Position numbers and translations under genes: made by a program | Notes under the pieces: model-generated | What the model saw: only the letters and a program-made list of their open reading frames with translations | What the model was told of the DNA's origin: nothing | The model's database searches: none | Part shown: one piece after another, positions 50,791 through 62,067 of the stretch | Numbering within the stretch: position 1 is the stretch's first letter | Layout of the letters: every line of letters starts with the position of its first letter | Source: Promethearchaeota archaeon | GTDB lineage: Archaea; Asgardarchaeota; Lokiarchaeia; Sigyniarchaeales; SOKP01 | Reading direction: 5' to 3' | Length of the DNA stretch: 64,000 nt | Assembly (NCBI GenBank): GCA_019058365.1 | Contig: JAHPZE010000017.1 | Span: 1 to 64,000 of the forward strand

Positions 50791-52092
50791 TTACGGAGAT
50801 TTGCGGAGCATAGTTCGTGCGAATGGGATTGCATCTTTAATATTATCTATCCCACAAAGCCACATAACGACTCTTTCAACGCCCACACCATATCCAGAAT
50901 GAGGTACACTTCCATAACGTCTTAATTCAAAATACCAATCATAATTCTTTGGATCTTCACCATCAGCTTCTAATCTTTTCATCATATCATCAACTAATAG
51001 GCTTCTTTCTGAACCTCCAATGATCTCGCAATATCCTTCTGGAGCTAACATGTCAAAACATAATGCTTCCTTAGGATTTTCTTCACTTGGAGGTTTATAA
51101 AAGCCCATGATTTCTGTGGGATAATGTGTGACAACCACAGGTACTTTAAAATGATCTGCTATTTTTGCTTCTTCAATAGTCCTTAAATCCTTACCCCAAG
51201 GAACATTCATCTTATATTTTGTATTAAGGATATCTAAAGCTTCGGAATATTTTATAGTAGGATATTCAGCTTCTGCATAGTGCTCTAACAATTTAATATC
51301 TCTCTCTAAAATATCTAGTTCTTTTTTATTATGCTTCAATACTTGTTTCACAATAAACCTGATTTCATCCTTAGCTACTTCAGTAACTTCATCAAGTTGC
51401 ATCCAAGCTGCTTCCATTTCAGCCATCCAAAACTCTGTCAAATGTCTCGAAGTTTTTGATTTTTCTGCTCTGAAAGTTGGTCCCATATTATAAATTTTCC
51501 CTAATGAAAAAATACCCGCCTCAGCATATAATTGCCATGTTTGACTGAGATATATTATATCATTAAAATATTTAACTTCAAATAAAGTAGCTCCACCTTC
51601 AGATTGGCTAGGTTGGAAAATAGGAGCATCAAATTCATAATAACCATGGCTTCTAAAAAATTCATGTATAGCTCCAACGACTGTATGTCGGATTTTTAAA
51701 ATTGCATTTAATTTCCTTGATCTTATCCATAGATGTCTATTGTCATATAAAAGTTCAGGCGACTGATGTTCTGTAATTGGAAACGGTTCAGCAATTTGAA
51801 CGATTTGTAAATCTGATACAGAAACTTCATAACCTGTAGGAGCTCTATCATCCCTTTTTAACTCACCTGAAACTTTAACCGAAGATTCAATAGTTAAATT
51901 TTCAGCTTTTTCAAAGATCTCTGGATTTTTAGCCTTAGAAATAACACACTGAATAATATCTGATTCATCTCTTAACACAATGAATATAAATTTATTCGAC
52001 TTTCTTTCTCTATAAACCCAACCTCTTAAATTAACTATACCAGAAGTTTTTTTAAGAATTTCCCCAATTGGTGCATATTTTGATTCCTTCAT
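50791..52092 (-). CDS. asnS: Asparagine--tRNA ligase
   Basis: FRAEKS.T.RHLTEFWM.E and RRYGSVPHSG are AsnRS-type rather than AspRS-type motifs. Confidence 0.9.
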   Translation of the reverse strand: MKESKYAPIGEILKKTSGIVNLRGWVYRERKSNKFIFIVLRDESDIIQCVISKAKNPEIFEKAENLTIESSVKVSGELKRDDRAPTGYEVSVSDLQIVQIAEPFPITEHQSPELLYDNRHLWIRSRKLNAILKIRHTVVGAIHEFFRSHGYYEFDAPIFQPSQSEGGATLFEVKYFNDIIYLSQTWQLYAEAGIFSLGKIYNMGPTFRAEKSKTSRHLTEFWMAEMEAAWMQLDEVTEVAKDEIRFIVKQVLKHNKKELDILERDIKLLEHYAEAEYPTIKYSEALDILNTKYKMNVPWGKDLRTIEEAKIADHFKVPVVVTHYPTEIMGFYKPPSEENPKEALCFDMLAPEGYCEIIGGSERSLLVDDMMKRLEADGEDPKNYDWYFELRRYGSVPHSGYGVGVERVVMWLCGIDNIKDAIPFARTMLRKSP

Positions 52093-52220
52093 TATTATAC
52101 AAACTAGTAACTATATAACTTTGCATTATATTTTTAAAGATTATATCTATTTAAAAATGAGATTTCTAAAAAATTTGACTGAATTATTAAATACTTTGAT
52201 ATTAAATAAACGCCTAAATG

Positions 52221-53006
52221 CTAATCTTCTTCTTGTTTTTTGAGAAGATATTTAGAGAAGATATTCATATAAAGACACTCTTCAGGAGCCATTTCTGGAG
52301 TTAATTGAGGGCTTTCAGTAAACTCAACTTTGCTATTCCTTATTATTACTATTGGAGTCTGCTGATCAGCCTCACTTAATAGAAATTGAGCGGCACTCGA
52401 TAAATCATCTGCTATTGCTCTCATTGTTATTTCCATCGGTCTTTTAAAAAGATCTGGTTGACCTCGTAGATCTTCAACTGGTTCAAATCCTGCGGTGGCT
52501 ATTGCTATACCAATTGTTCCTTTTCTAAGAGGCTGAACTCGTGAATCTGCAATAATTACACCAAAATTATTGATTTTAAACTCCTTCCTTAATTCTTTCC
52601 AAAAATTCCATACAACCATTTTTAGGTTTTTTGGTAAGAGAACAACATTACCAATACCCGCATTAGATTGATCAATACCAGCATTAGCTATAAGAAAATC
52701 ATTAACTTTTGCTAAGATCACATGTCTCATTCCTCCCAAAATCATCGATGCTTCTTGTAATATTAGCTTTACATATCTTTCATCCATGTCATATTCGTTT
52801 GCTAACTTTTTAGCCTGTTCTGAGACCTTCTCGATTTCCGATAACTTTACAACTCTTCCTTGAGACGTAGCAACTACTTTTTCCGCAATTACAATGATAT
52901 CTCCTTCAATTAAGGATTGTTCTTGTTCTTTAATAGTCTGAATAATAATTTGTAATAAAGGATCATTTTTCTTGATAAGAGGAAGCTTAATTGAAAATAG
53001 TTCCAT
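52221..53006 (-). CDS. cofE: CofE-family gamma-glutamyl ligase
   Basis: AEKVVA..QGR, NAGID.SN, IIADS, D.RG..DLF.R. Confidence 0.88.
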   Translation of the reverse strand: MELFSIKLPLIKKNDPLLQIIIQTIKEQEQSLIEGDIIVIAEKVVATSQGRVVKLSEIEKVSEQAKKLANEYDMDERYVKLILQEASMILGGMRHVILAKVNDFLIANAGIDQSNAGIGNVVLLPKNLKMVVWNFWKELRKEFKINNFGVIIADSRVQPLRKGTIGIAIATAGFEPVEDLRGQPDLFKRPMEITMRAIADDLSSAAQFLLSEADQQTPIVIIRNSKVEFTESPQLTPEMAPEECLYMNIFSKYLLKKQEED

Positions 53007-53116
53007 TACACATTATAAAATAATCCTTATTTTATATCTCTTATCGTCCTTACAATCTTAAAGCTATATAGTTAAGAAATAAGATCTTTTTCTAAAATTA
53101 TTATAAGTTTATTGAA

Positions 53117-53629
53117 TCATTCAAATGATATTTCAAAAATGCATGTTTTATCCGCATCTGGTCTGTTCTTAATAGATTGAACTTTTATATTAGGATTAAT
53201 CTTTTTAAAATAATGAGTGTGAATTTTAGTACAACCGTGGATACAAGAAACTTTTGCAAGTTTTCCATTTTTAGATATATAATCATCTAAATCTAATTGA
53301 ATCATAGAATTCCAATTTGGACAATTTTTATACTCCCATCTTAATGATTCTGGAGTTTGATTAATATTTTTAGGAATATATCCATTAATTTTACTCACTT
53401 GAGTTAACACTTGTCTTGCTTTTTCAATATCACTCCCCTTTGGTTCAATCAATTGATATAGTAAATCCACAGCAGGAGGCATTAATTCATCCCACATTTC
53501 CATTTCTACTTCAATAATACCTTTTGGCCCCAATTTTTTATATGCGTACCAGGACCATCCATTAGAAATATTATAAAGCATTTGCAATCTCACAATATCG
53601 ATCATTTTTTTTGTTAGTTCTTTTACCAT
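53117..53629 (-). CDS. Hypothetical V4R/ATC-hydrolase-like protein
   Basis: CP.W, C...C and C.F pattern with an N-terminal helical region. Confidence 0.5.
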   Translation of the reverse strand: MVKELTKKMIDIVRLQMLYNISNGWSWYAYKKLGPKGIIEVEMEMWDELMPPAVDLLYQLIEPKGSDIEKARQVLTQVSKINGYIPKNINQTPESLRWEYKNCPNWNSMIQLDLDDYISKNGKLAKVSCIHGCTKIHTHYFKKINPNIKVQSIKNRPDADKTCIFEISFE

Positions 53630-54135
53630 AAATTTTTCTCCCTATGCTATTTTATTATAGAAATTATCAATAATTTTTGAATAACAAAAGGTTGTTATAA
53701 TAAGTGTTTAATTAAGATAGAATTTTAAAGATATTTAAATCCAAATGGTAAAAGGTTTCTAAAATAAATTTTATATTTATAACTGACAATTTATTTTATA
53801 CTTAAGATCAATATAAAAATATCTGGCAAAGATTTTTCAAGATTTTTATGAAAATTTTCATCATTAGTTTTAATTCTTCTTTCTCTCCTAATCTGAAGAG
53901 TCTAAATAATAAAGTTCATTAGTATATATTTAATTAAAATAGTGTTTATTATCATTTTAAAAAAAAATTAATTATTTTTCTTTTAACAAGAACTTTTCAA
54001 TAAATTTGGTAAAAAACCCCAAAATAAAACGTGAATGAACCAAATACTAAAATACCACTATATAATAATAGAATTATTATTTCTAAAACAAATAATATAT
54101 ATTTTATTTATAAATTATCATGTTTGTATTAAATT

Positions 54136-55017
54136 ATGACAAAGATATATACTAAAATACATGATATTTTGGAGATTGGTGATAATTTTCCCACGGTAAT
54201 AATGGGAGTCATAAATTTAAGCCCTGAATCATTTTATCAAGGATCAGTTTATGTGGAACCTGAAAAGATTAGAGATGCAGCTTCCGAAATGATAAAGAAT
54301 GGGGCTCAGATACTTGATATTGGTGGACGTTCTACAGCTCCTTGGTCTGAAAAAATCACTATTGATGAAGAAGTAAATCGTATGAGAACAGCTATAGAAA
54401 CAATATGTAAAATCATTCCAGATAATATAATAATCTCTGTTGATACTCAATATCGCGAAGTTGCTGAAAAAGCTTTTGATATTGCCTCCAAAGCAAAAAG
54501 GAAAATTATAATAAACGATGTTAGTTGTTTAAAGACTGATCCTGATTTAACAGATTTTATAATTACTAAAGACCTTCCAATAATTATTATGGCGTCGAAA
54601 AAAGTTCCAGGAGATCTGTGTACTATGGATGAAATTATTAAAGAATTCGACTATACCATTAAAAATCTAAAAAGGAAAGGCTATGATGAAAATAAGATTA
54701 TTTTAGACCCAGGAATAGGTCACTGGATTGAGCAAAAAACTCATATATCTGATTTAAAGATAATAGGGAATCTCCAAAAACTTAAAAAATTCAATAAGCC
54801 GATATTGGTAGCTATTTCAAGAAAATCATTTATAGGAACAACTCTAAATATTTCTGAACCAGAAAAAAGATTAAATGGAACCCTTGCTGCTACGTCAATT
54901 GCAGTTTATAAGGGAGCCCATATTGTACGAACTCATGATGTAACACCCCAACTCTTAGAATTCGTAAAAATATCTAAAGCCATTTATGATTTTACTGAAA
55001 ATCGCCAATCACCATGA
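54136..55017 (+). CDS. folP: Dihydropteroate synthase family
   Basis: MGVINLSPESF, DIGG.ST.P, SVDT, IINDVS, DPGIG, SRKSF, RTHDV. Confidence 0.92.
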   Translation: MTKIYTKIHDILEIGDNFPTVIMGVINLSPESFYQGSVYVEPEKIRDAASEMIKNGAQILDIGGRSTAPWSEKITIDEEVNRMRTAIETICKIIPDNIIISVDTQYREVAEKAFDIASKAKRKIIINDVSCLKTDPDLTDFIITKDLPIIIMASKKVPGDLCTMDEIIKEFDYTIKNLKRKGYDENKIILDPGIGHWIEQKTHISDLKIIGNLQKLKKFNKPILVAISRKSFIGTTLNISEPEKRLNGTLAATSIAVYKGAHIVRTHDVTPQLLEFVKISKAIYDFTENRQSP

Positions 55018-55567
55018 ACGAAATTGGAAAATATTTGTTTATTAATATTTTAAATTTTTAAATTCCCTCTGAAGATTCTAATGGATTTTTTGATAAAATT
55101 CATAGTTATAAATTATGTATTCTTATTGGGATTTTCTCAGTATCTATAATAATATTACTAAAAAAAGAATATAATAATTAAATTTCTTTTTCTTACTTTT
55201 TTACTACGATAAATAGTGAGAATTTATAATCTGATTAAACTAATTTAAGAAATTAGAAAAATGGCTGTAATACTTTAAAAGAGTATGCAATAGCATATTT
55301 ATTTTTTAAAAATTTTCTATTAAAAATGGAGCTTACAAATTTAAAATCCTCAAGATCCAATTAATTCTTTCAAAATTTATCAAATTGGAGGGACATTTAA
55401 ATCAAATAGGTAAATCTACATGAAGATATTAGACTATTGAATGTCAAAAAAGAGCACTAATATTTAAAAGCGTGTATTACCACTTGTTACTTAGTAAATT
55501 GTTAAAATTTCATTTAGATTTGAATAATTTTACTTTTACAAATTAAATTATATAAACTTGTTTTCTT

Positions 55568-57592
55568 ATGCCCGGCAAATCTTCTAATCCCGATTCTTAT
55601 GATGCGGATGATATTAAGGTTTTGAAAGGTCTTGAGGGCGTTAGAAAACGTCCTGCTATGTATATTGGTTCAACAGGTAAAACAGGCCTCCATCATCTCA
55701 TTTTCGAGGTTTTAGATAATTCTGTAGACGAAGCGATGGGAGGGTATGCTGATGAGATAAAAGTCACTCTTAATAAAAATAATTCAGTTCAAATATATGA
55801 TAATGGACGAGGAATTCCGATTGATATCCATCCTGAATTTAATAAACCCGCTCTAGAAGTTATTATGGAATATCTACATTCTGGTGGAAAATTTGATAAT
55901 AAAAGTTATAAAATTTCAGGTGGTTTACATGGCGTTGGGTTATCAGTCGTTAATGCATTAACAGAATGGATGGATGTAGAAGTGTGTCGAGACGGTTTAC
56001 TTTATACACAAAAATTTTCAAAGGGAAAAAAAGCCTTGGATCCAGTAATAATAGAAACTGATAAAAAGGAAACTTATACTAAAATAGGATTTTATCCTGA
56101 TAAAGAAATTTTTGAGTTTGAACTAAATGAACCTATATTTAATGCTCATACTATTATTAATAGAATGCGAGAGCTCGCGTTTCTTACTCCACATACAAGA
56201 TTTGAAATTAATAATAAAATTAATAATGAAAAAGAAGAATTTCACTATGAAGGCGGCATTAAAGAATTCATCTCTTACTTAAATAAAGACAAACAACCAT
56301 TACATAATGATATTATTTTTGTTAGTGATTCTTATAAGGATGAGGATGACGAAACAATATTCTGCGATTTTGCTATGCAATACAATCAAGGATATCAAAC
56401 AAACATTTTAACCTATGCAAATACAATCAATACCATTGAAGGTGGAGTTCATTTAACTGGATTTAAATCTGCACTTACGAGAACTTTTAACTCCTATATA
56501 GAGAATTTTATGGAGAAAAAGTATAAAGGACATATTTTAAGTGGAGCCGATGCAAGAGAAGGATTATCAGCAGTCATTTCTGTTAAACTTCATGACCCTC
56601 AATTTGAAAGTCAAACTAAGATTAAACTAGGAAATCCTGAAGTTCGGCAAATTGTAAGTCAAATTGTCACAGATAAATTAACTCAATATTTTGAAGAGCA
56701 TCCAGAAACGGCTAAAAAAATCGTCTTAAAAACTATTAATGCAAAATTAGCTAGAGAAGCAGCTCAAAAAGCAAGAGCATTAATCCGGAGGAAATCAGCA
56801 TTAGATAGCGCTAGGATGCCAGGAAAACTTGCTGATTGTTCATCAAACGAACCCGAGAAAGTAGAACTTTTCATTGTGGAAGGCGATTCGGCTGGAGGAC
56901 CCGCAAAACAAGGAAGAGACAGAACATATCAAGCGATTCTTCCCATTAGAGGGAAAATTCTCAATGTTGAAAAAGCTAGAATAGATAAAATATTACAAAA
57001 TAATGAAATTCAAGCCATTATTAAAGCCTTAGGAGTTGGATTTCAAGAAGCTATTTTACCAAATGGAAATAATGGCGAATTAGAAGAAAATGGGGAAGAG
57101 ACCGAAGAAAGTTTCGATTTAAGTAAGTTAAGATATCACAAGGTCATTATCATGTGTGATGCTGATGTCGATGGATTTCACATTGAAACTTTACTACTTA
57201 CCTTCTTTTTTAGGTATTTAAGACCTTTAATAGATGAAGGTCATTTATATATTGCTGTACCTCCCTTATATAAAGTATCTTATAAAAAAACAAAAGAGTA
57301 TGTTTATTCAGATAAAGATAAAGAAAGCCTTCTTGATACTATGAAAACTAAATACCAATTAGAAAAAACAGAAAAAATTGCTGTGCAAAGGTATAAAGGG
57401 CTAGGGGAAATGAACTCAGATGAACTTTACGAAACAACTATGAAGAGAGATACTCGAAGACTTAAGAAAGTTACTTATGAAAATTATATTGAAAATGACT
57501 TAATCTTTACGAAGTTAATGGGTAAGGAGGTAAAAGCTCGTAAAAAGTTTATTATTAGTAATTTTGATGAAGTTAATATATTAGATGTTTAA
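55568..57592 (+). CDS. gyrB: DNA gyrase subunit B
   Basis: RKRPAMYIG, GHKL motifs, EGDSAGG, P.RGK.LN, DADVDG, RYKGLGEM. Confidence 0.97.
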   Translation: MPGKSSNPDSYDADDIKVLKGLEGVRKRPAMYIGSTGKTGLHHLIFEVLDNSVDEAMGGYADEIKVTLNKNNSVQIYDNGRGIPIDIHPEFNKPALEVIMEYLHSGGKFDNKSYKISGGLHGVGLSVVNALTEWMDVEVCRDGLLYTQKFSKGKKALDPVIIETDKKETYTKIGFYPDKEIFEFELNEPIFNAHTIINRMRELAFLTPHTRFEINNKINNEKEEFHYEGGIKEFISYLNKDKQPLHNDIIFVSDSYKDEDDETIFCDFAMQYNQGYQTNILTYANTINTIEGGVHLTGFKSALTRTFNSYIENFMEKKYKGHILSGADAREGLSAVISVKLHDPQFESQTKIKLGNPEVRQIVSQIVTDKLTQYFEEHPETAKKIVLKTINAKLAREAAQKARALIRRKSALDSARMPGKLADCSSNEPEKVELFIVEGDSAGGPAKQGRDRTYQAILPIRGKILNVEKARIDKILQNNEIQAIIKALGVGFQEAILPNGNNGELEENGEETEESFDLSKLRYHKVIIMCDADVDGFHIETLLLTFFFRYLRPLIDEGHLYIAVPPLYKVSYKKTKEYVYSDKDKESLLDTMKTKYQLEKTEKIAVQRYKGLGEMNSDELYETTMKRDTRRLKKVTYENYIENDLIFTKLMGKEVKARKKFIISNFDEVNILDV

Positions 57593-57639
57593 ATCTAACT
57601 TATTTAATTAAAATATATCATAATAAAAAGGCGTTATAA

Positions 57640-60078
57640 TTGACTTCAGAACAGATAGAAGAGATTTTATTAAAAGATGAAATGCAAAGCAGTTATATCG
57701 ATTATGCTATGAGTGTGGTCGTTGGAAGAGCCATTCCAGATGTTAGAGATGGGCTCAAACCTGTTCATAGACGGATTATTTACGCTATGGCTCAAAATAA
57801 TTGGTATTATACAAGTTCACACGTAAAATGTGCTAGAATTGTTGGTGAAACCCTAGGTAATTATCATCCTCATGGTGATATGGCTGTGTATAATGCATTG
57901 GTGAGAATGGGACAAGACTTCTCTTTAAGGTACCCTTTAATCCATCCTCAGGGGAATTTTGGTTCTATTGATGGAGATCCTCCAGCAGCTTACAGATATA
58001 CTGAAGCAAGATTATCGCAAATATCAAATGAATTAATTGAAGATATTGATAAAGAAACCGTAGATTTTCAACCTAATTTTGACAATAGTACTTCTGAACC
58101 TTTATATTTGCCAGCTAAACTTCCTAATATTCTCTTAAATGGTACTAAAGGAATTGCTGTAGGAATGGCAACCTCCATGGCACCACATAATTTGACAGAA
58201 GTCTGTAATGGGATTATCTCAACCATAGATGATCCTGATATTTCTATAGAAGAACTAATGGAAATAATTAAAGGTCCTGATTTTCCCACAAGTGGTATAA
58301 TCACTGATACTAATGGAATCTATAATGCGTATCATACGGGAAATGGAACCATAAATATTAGTGGAAAGATTGAAACTGAAATAAAAGGCAATAAAACTAG
58401 TTTAATAATTACTGAAATTCCTTATCTAGTTAATAAAACTGATTTAATTGAATCTATTGCGAAATTAGTAAAAGATGGAGTTCTTAAAGATATCAGAGAT
58501 TTACGTGATGAATCTGATAGAAAAGGTATGCGTATTGTATTGGATTTATCTGCAAAAGCTCAGCCTGTTATAATTAAAAATATCCTTTTTAAAAGGACTA
58601 GACTTCTAACAACTTTCAACATATCTAATCTGGTTCTAATTAATAATGGGAAACAACCGAAAATTCTCAATCTCAAAGAGATTATTAATGAATATATTGA
58701 CCATCGATTAATTATGATCTCAAAAAGAACTGAATATCTTCTTAGAAAAGCACAGGAAAGACTTCATAGAGTTGAAGGATTATTAATTGCATTAAATAAC
58801 ATTGATAATGTAGTAAATTTAATTAAAAGTTCAAAAGATACAAATGAAGCAAAAAACAAATTAAAAGCATCTTATGAGTTAAGTGATATTCAAGTTCAAG
58901 CCATTTTAAGTATGCCTTTGTCTCGATTAACTAATTTGGAGCAACAAAAATTAGTTGATGAACAAAACTCATTACAAATAGACATTAATAAATACAACAA
59001 AATTCTAAAACAAAAGAAACTTCGTCTAAATATAATTAAAACTGATTTAAATGACTTAATTAAGAAATACGGAGATGAAAGAAAGACAAAAATAAAAATG
59101 GTTGAACACCATGAAGTTAAAGAAATTGAACAAAAAGATTTAATTAAAAAGGAAACTACTATTGTAATTTTCACAAAAAATCAATATATTAAAAGAATCT
59201 CTTTAGAAGAATACCAGGCTCAAAGACGTGGTGGTCGTGGGAAAAAGAGTATGACTGTGCGAGAAGAAGATTTTATTACCGATTTATTTGTAAGCACTAC
59301 CCACGACACAATTTTAATATTTACTTCGAAAGGTAGGGTTTATTCAATAACTTGTTTTGATATTCCTTTACAGACACGAACCGCACGAGGTAAACCTATT
59401 ATTAATTTTATCTCTCTACAATCAGGTGAAAAAATTTCAGCTATGATTCCAATTAATAATTTTAATACTAATGAAATGCTTATTATGACAACTAAGAAAG
59501 GAATTATTAAAAAGACTCCTTTAAAATTATTCTCAAAATTTAAAAGTACGGGAGTAAGAGCTCAAAGAATAAGGCCTGATGATGAATTAATAAGTGTTAA
59601 AAGACTCTCCAATGAACTTCAGGATATATTTATTGCCACTAAATTAGGATATGCAGTTAGATTTGATGAAACTGAATTACGAGAGTTAGGACGTAATTCT
59701 ATGGGAGTGAAAGGAGCAGAATTAAGAGAAAATGATGAAGTTATTGATACTCTTCTCGTGTCTGATGATGATATAATATTAACCCTCACTCAAAATGCTT
59801 ATGGTCAAAGAACATATGTGAAAGAGTATCGTAAAACTGGGCGTGGAGCTAAAGGTGTCCGTAATATCTCATTGGATAAAATAAAAGATGATAAAGTCAT
59901 TGCCATTAAAATTGCTAAACATATGGATATATTAATAGGAACAGAACAAGGTCAAATGATAAGAGTGCCTGTTGATTCAATAAGAATAACCCATAGAACT
60001 GCTAAGGGTGTAAGAGTAATTAAACTTTATGAAGATGATTTTGTTGTAGCAATTGGAAAATGTGAACAAGAACCTTAA
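57640..60078 (+). CDS. gyrA: DNA gyrase subunit A
   Basis: PD.RDGLKPV, YHPHGD, AAYRYTE and GyrA-box QRRGGRG with beta-pinwheel repeats. Confidence 0.97.
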   Translation: MTSEQIEEILLKDEMQSSYIDYAMSVVVGRAIPDVRDGLKPVHRRIIYAMAQNNWYYTSSHVKCARIVGETLGNYHPHGDMAVYNALVRMGQDFSLRYPLIHPQGNFGSIDGDPPAAYRYTEARLSQISNELIEDIDKETVDFQPNFDNSTSEPLYLPAKLPNILLNGTKGIAVGMATSMAPHNLTEVCNGIISTIDDPDISIEELMEIIKGPDFPTSGIITDTNGIYNAYHTGNGTINISGKIETEIKGNKTSLIITEIPYLVNKTDLIESIAKLVKDGVLKDIRDLRDESDRKGMRIVLDLSAKAQPVIIKNILFKRTRLLTTFNISNLVLINNGKQPKILNLKEIINEYIDHRLIMISKRTEYLLRKAQERLHRVEGLLIALNNIDNVVNLIKSSKDTNEAKNKLKASYELSDIQVQAILSMPLSRLTNLEQQKLVDEQNSLQIDINKYNKILKQKKLRLNIIKTDLNDLIKKYGDERKTKIKMVEHHEVKEIEQKDLIKKETTIVIFTKNQYIKRISLEEYQAQRRGGRGKKSMTVREEDFITDLFVSTTHDTILIFTSKGRVYSITCFDIPLQTRTARGKPIINFISLQSGEKISAMIPINNFNTNEMLIMTTKKGIIKKTPLKLFSKFKSTGVRAQRIRPDDELISVKRLSNELQDIFIATKLGYAVRFDETELRELGRNSMGVKGAELRENDEVIDTLLVSDDDIILTLTQNAYGQRTYVKEYRKTGRGAKGVRNISLDKIKDDKVIAIKIAKHMDILIGTEQGQMIRVPVDSIRITHRTAKGVRVIKLYEDDFVVAIGKCEQEP

Positions 60079-60083
60079 GAGAA

Positions 60084-60446
60084 TTAACTCTTTTGTTTAA
60101 GATATGGAATTAGACAGAGAAAATTTAAACTACTTTTACCTACATTATCTATTCCATGTTTTTCATTAGGGGGAATATATACAAAATCACCTTCATTAGC
60201 TATCTCAACTTTCCCTTTGTCATTATAAAATTTCCCAGTTCCAGATAACACATAAATTTCGTGATCTTCTGGATGATTATGAAGAGGAACATTTTGCCCT
60301 GGTTTAACTTCAATTCTTCTCATTGCGAAATTTCTTGCACCTAAATTTTCATCGATCAACCATCTGATATAAATTCCATCCACTTTAGTACCATCAGCTA
60401 AAACTGCCTCTTTTTCTTCAACTTCTTTATAATTCTTTTTTAACAT
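60084..60446 (-). CDS. Cupin-domain protein
   Basis: P.H.H...HE.YVL.G and GD.VYIPPN..H. Confidence 0.9.
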   Translation of the reverse strand: MLKKNYKEVEEKEAVLADGTKVDGIYIRWLIDENLGARNFAMRRIEVKPGQNVPLHNHPEDHEIYVLSGTGKFYNDKGKVEIANEGDFVYIPPNEKHGIDNVGKSSLNFLCLIPYLKQKS

Positions 60447-60578
60447 AATAAAAAAAAAATTTTTAATCTATTAAAATTATAGCTTGTTAATTTTCATATG
60501 ACAGTTTTATAAAGAAAAAAAAATTAAATTCTTATAACACTTATAAGCGAAATTCACTCAATTTTTAAGGATAGAAAA

Positions 60579-61946
60579 ATGGAACTTAAAGAAATCCTTA
60601 ACCAAATCCCAGAATATAAAGAATTCATGACAATTTCTGAATTAGATGCTTCCAGTAAAAAACTAGCCGAAAAATTTAATTATGTAGACTTGAAAGAAAT
60701 TGGAAAATCGCGAGAAGGACGAACAATATATTGTCTAAAAATAGGTGAGGGGAAAAAAAATGCGCTTCTATTTGGATTTCCACATCCCAATGAACCAATA
60801 GGGAGCATGAGTCTAGAGTTTTTATCATGTTTTTTAGCAGAAAATCCTGACTTTACAAAAAATTCAGGGTATACGTGGTACTTAATTAAAGCAATTGACA
60901 TCGATGGTGCGATTCTTAATGAAGGATGGTTTAAAGGAGAATTCAATCCTTTAAAATATGCTAAGAATTATTATAGACCTGCAACCTACCAACAAGTTGA
61001 ATGGACTTTCCCAGTCAAATATAAAAAATTTAGCTTTAACTCTCCACTACCAGAAACTCGAGCCTTAATGGAATTATTGAATTTAATAAAACCTAAATTT
61101 ATGTATAGTCTTCACAATTCTAGCTTTGGTGGTGTATACTTCTTAATTTCATATGAAATAGGAAATTTACATACTGATTTAGTTGATTTTGTTACCAGAG
61201 AAAATTTACCTTTGCATTTAGGAGAACCCGAATTATCCTCTATGATAAAATATCATGATGGGTTCTTTCAATCAGCTGGTATTCAAGAAATTTATGATTC
61301 CTTGGAAGTTGAAGGTGTTGAAAATCCTCAACAAGTCCTTAAGACGGGTACTAGTTCGTTTGACTATCTTAAAAAAATCGTAGGTAAAGAATCTTTTTCT
61401 TTTGGTTGCGAAATTCCCTATTTCTATGATAAACGTATAGCAGATTGCTCTTTAACCGATTTAAATAGGAAAAATTTGCGGATAGAATCATTAGAATATA
61501 TAAAAGATATTTATTAACATTCAAAGAAGATATTTAGGTCAATAAGAAAATATTGTAATAAGAATACACGAATTTATACGGTTGTAGAGGATTACCTTTG
61601 GAGAAGAGGATCAACTCTTAGTCTTCAAATACATGAAGCAAAAACTTCTTCTTATTATGATGGGAAAGCTACAGTTGCTCAAGCTTTTGATCTGAATGTC
61701 TCAAAAAGATGGTACGATTTACTATATGTCTCGATGATTACAAGATTATGTAATGAAGCTATTTCAAACCATCCGGAAAATGAAGTTGAAATTATTGTAA
61801 TTAAAAAAAACTTCGAGAACTGGATTGAACAAAAAATCAATGAATTATTTAAGGGTATTAAGTATGAAATTATTCCAATCCAAAAATTGGTCCGAATTCA
61901 AATTGGAAGTGTCTTTATTACTTTAAGAAACTTATCAAAAGAATAA
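60579..61946 (+). pseudogene. M14 zinc carboxypeptidase-like gene with one in-frame TAA (61515-61517)
   Basis: IGKSREGR, HPNE, SLHN and E.PY motifs; the frame stays open past the TAA and joins 61734..61946. Confidence 0.85.
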
Positions 61947-62067
61947 TAGCAAAAATTATTTAGATGATTATTTAATTTGATATAAATAATAAGGAATTGT
62001 CATTATTGTAGTATTTATATTATTATATCATATTAAAAATAAATTAAGAAGGAAATTAATATTAATT

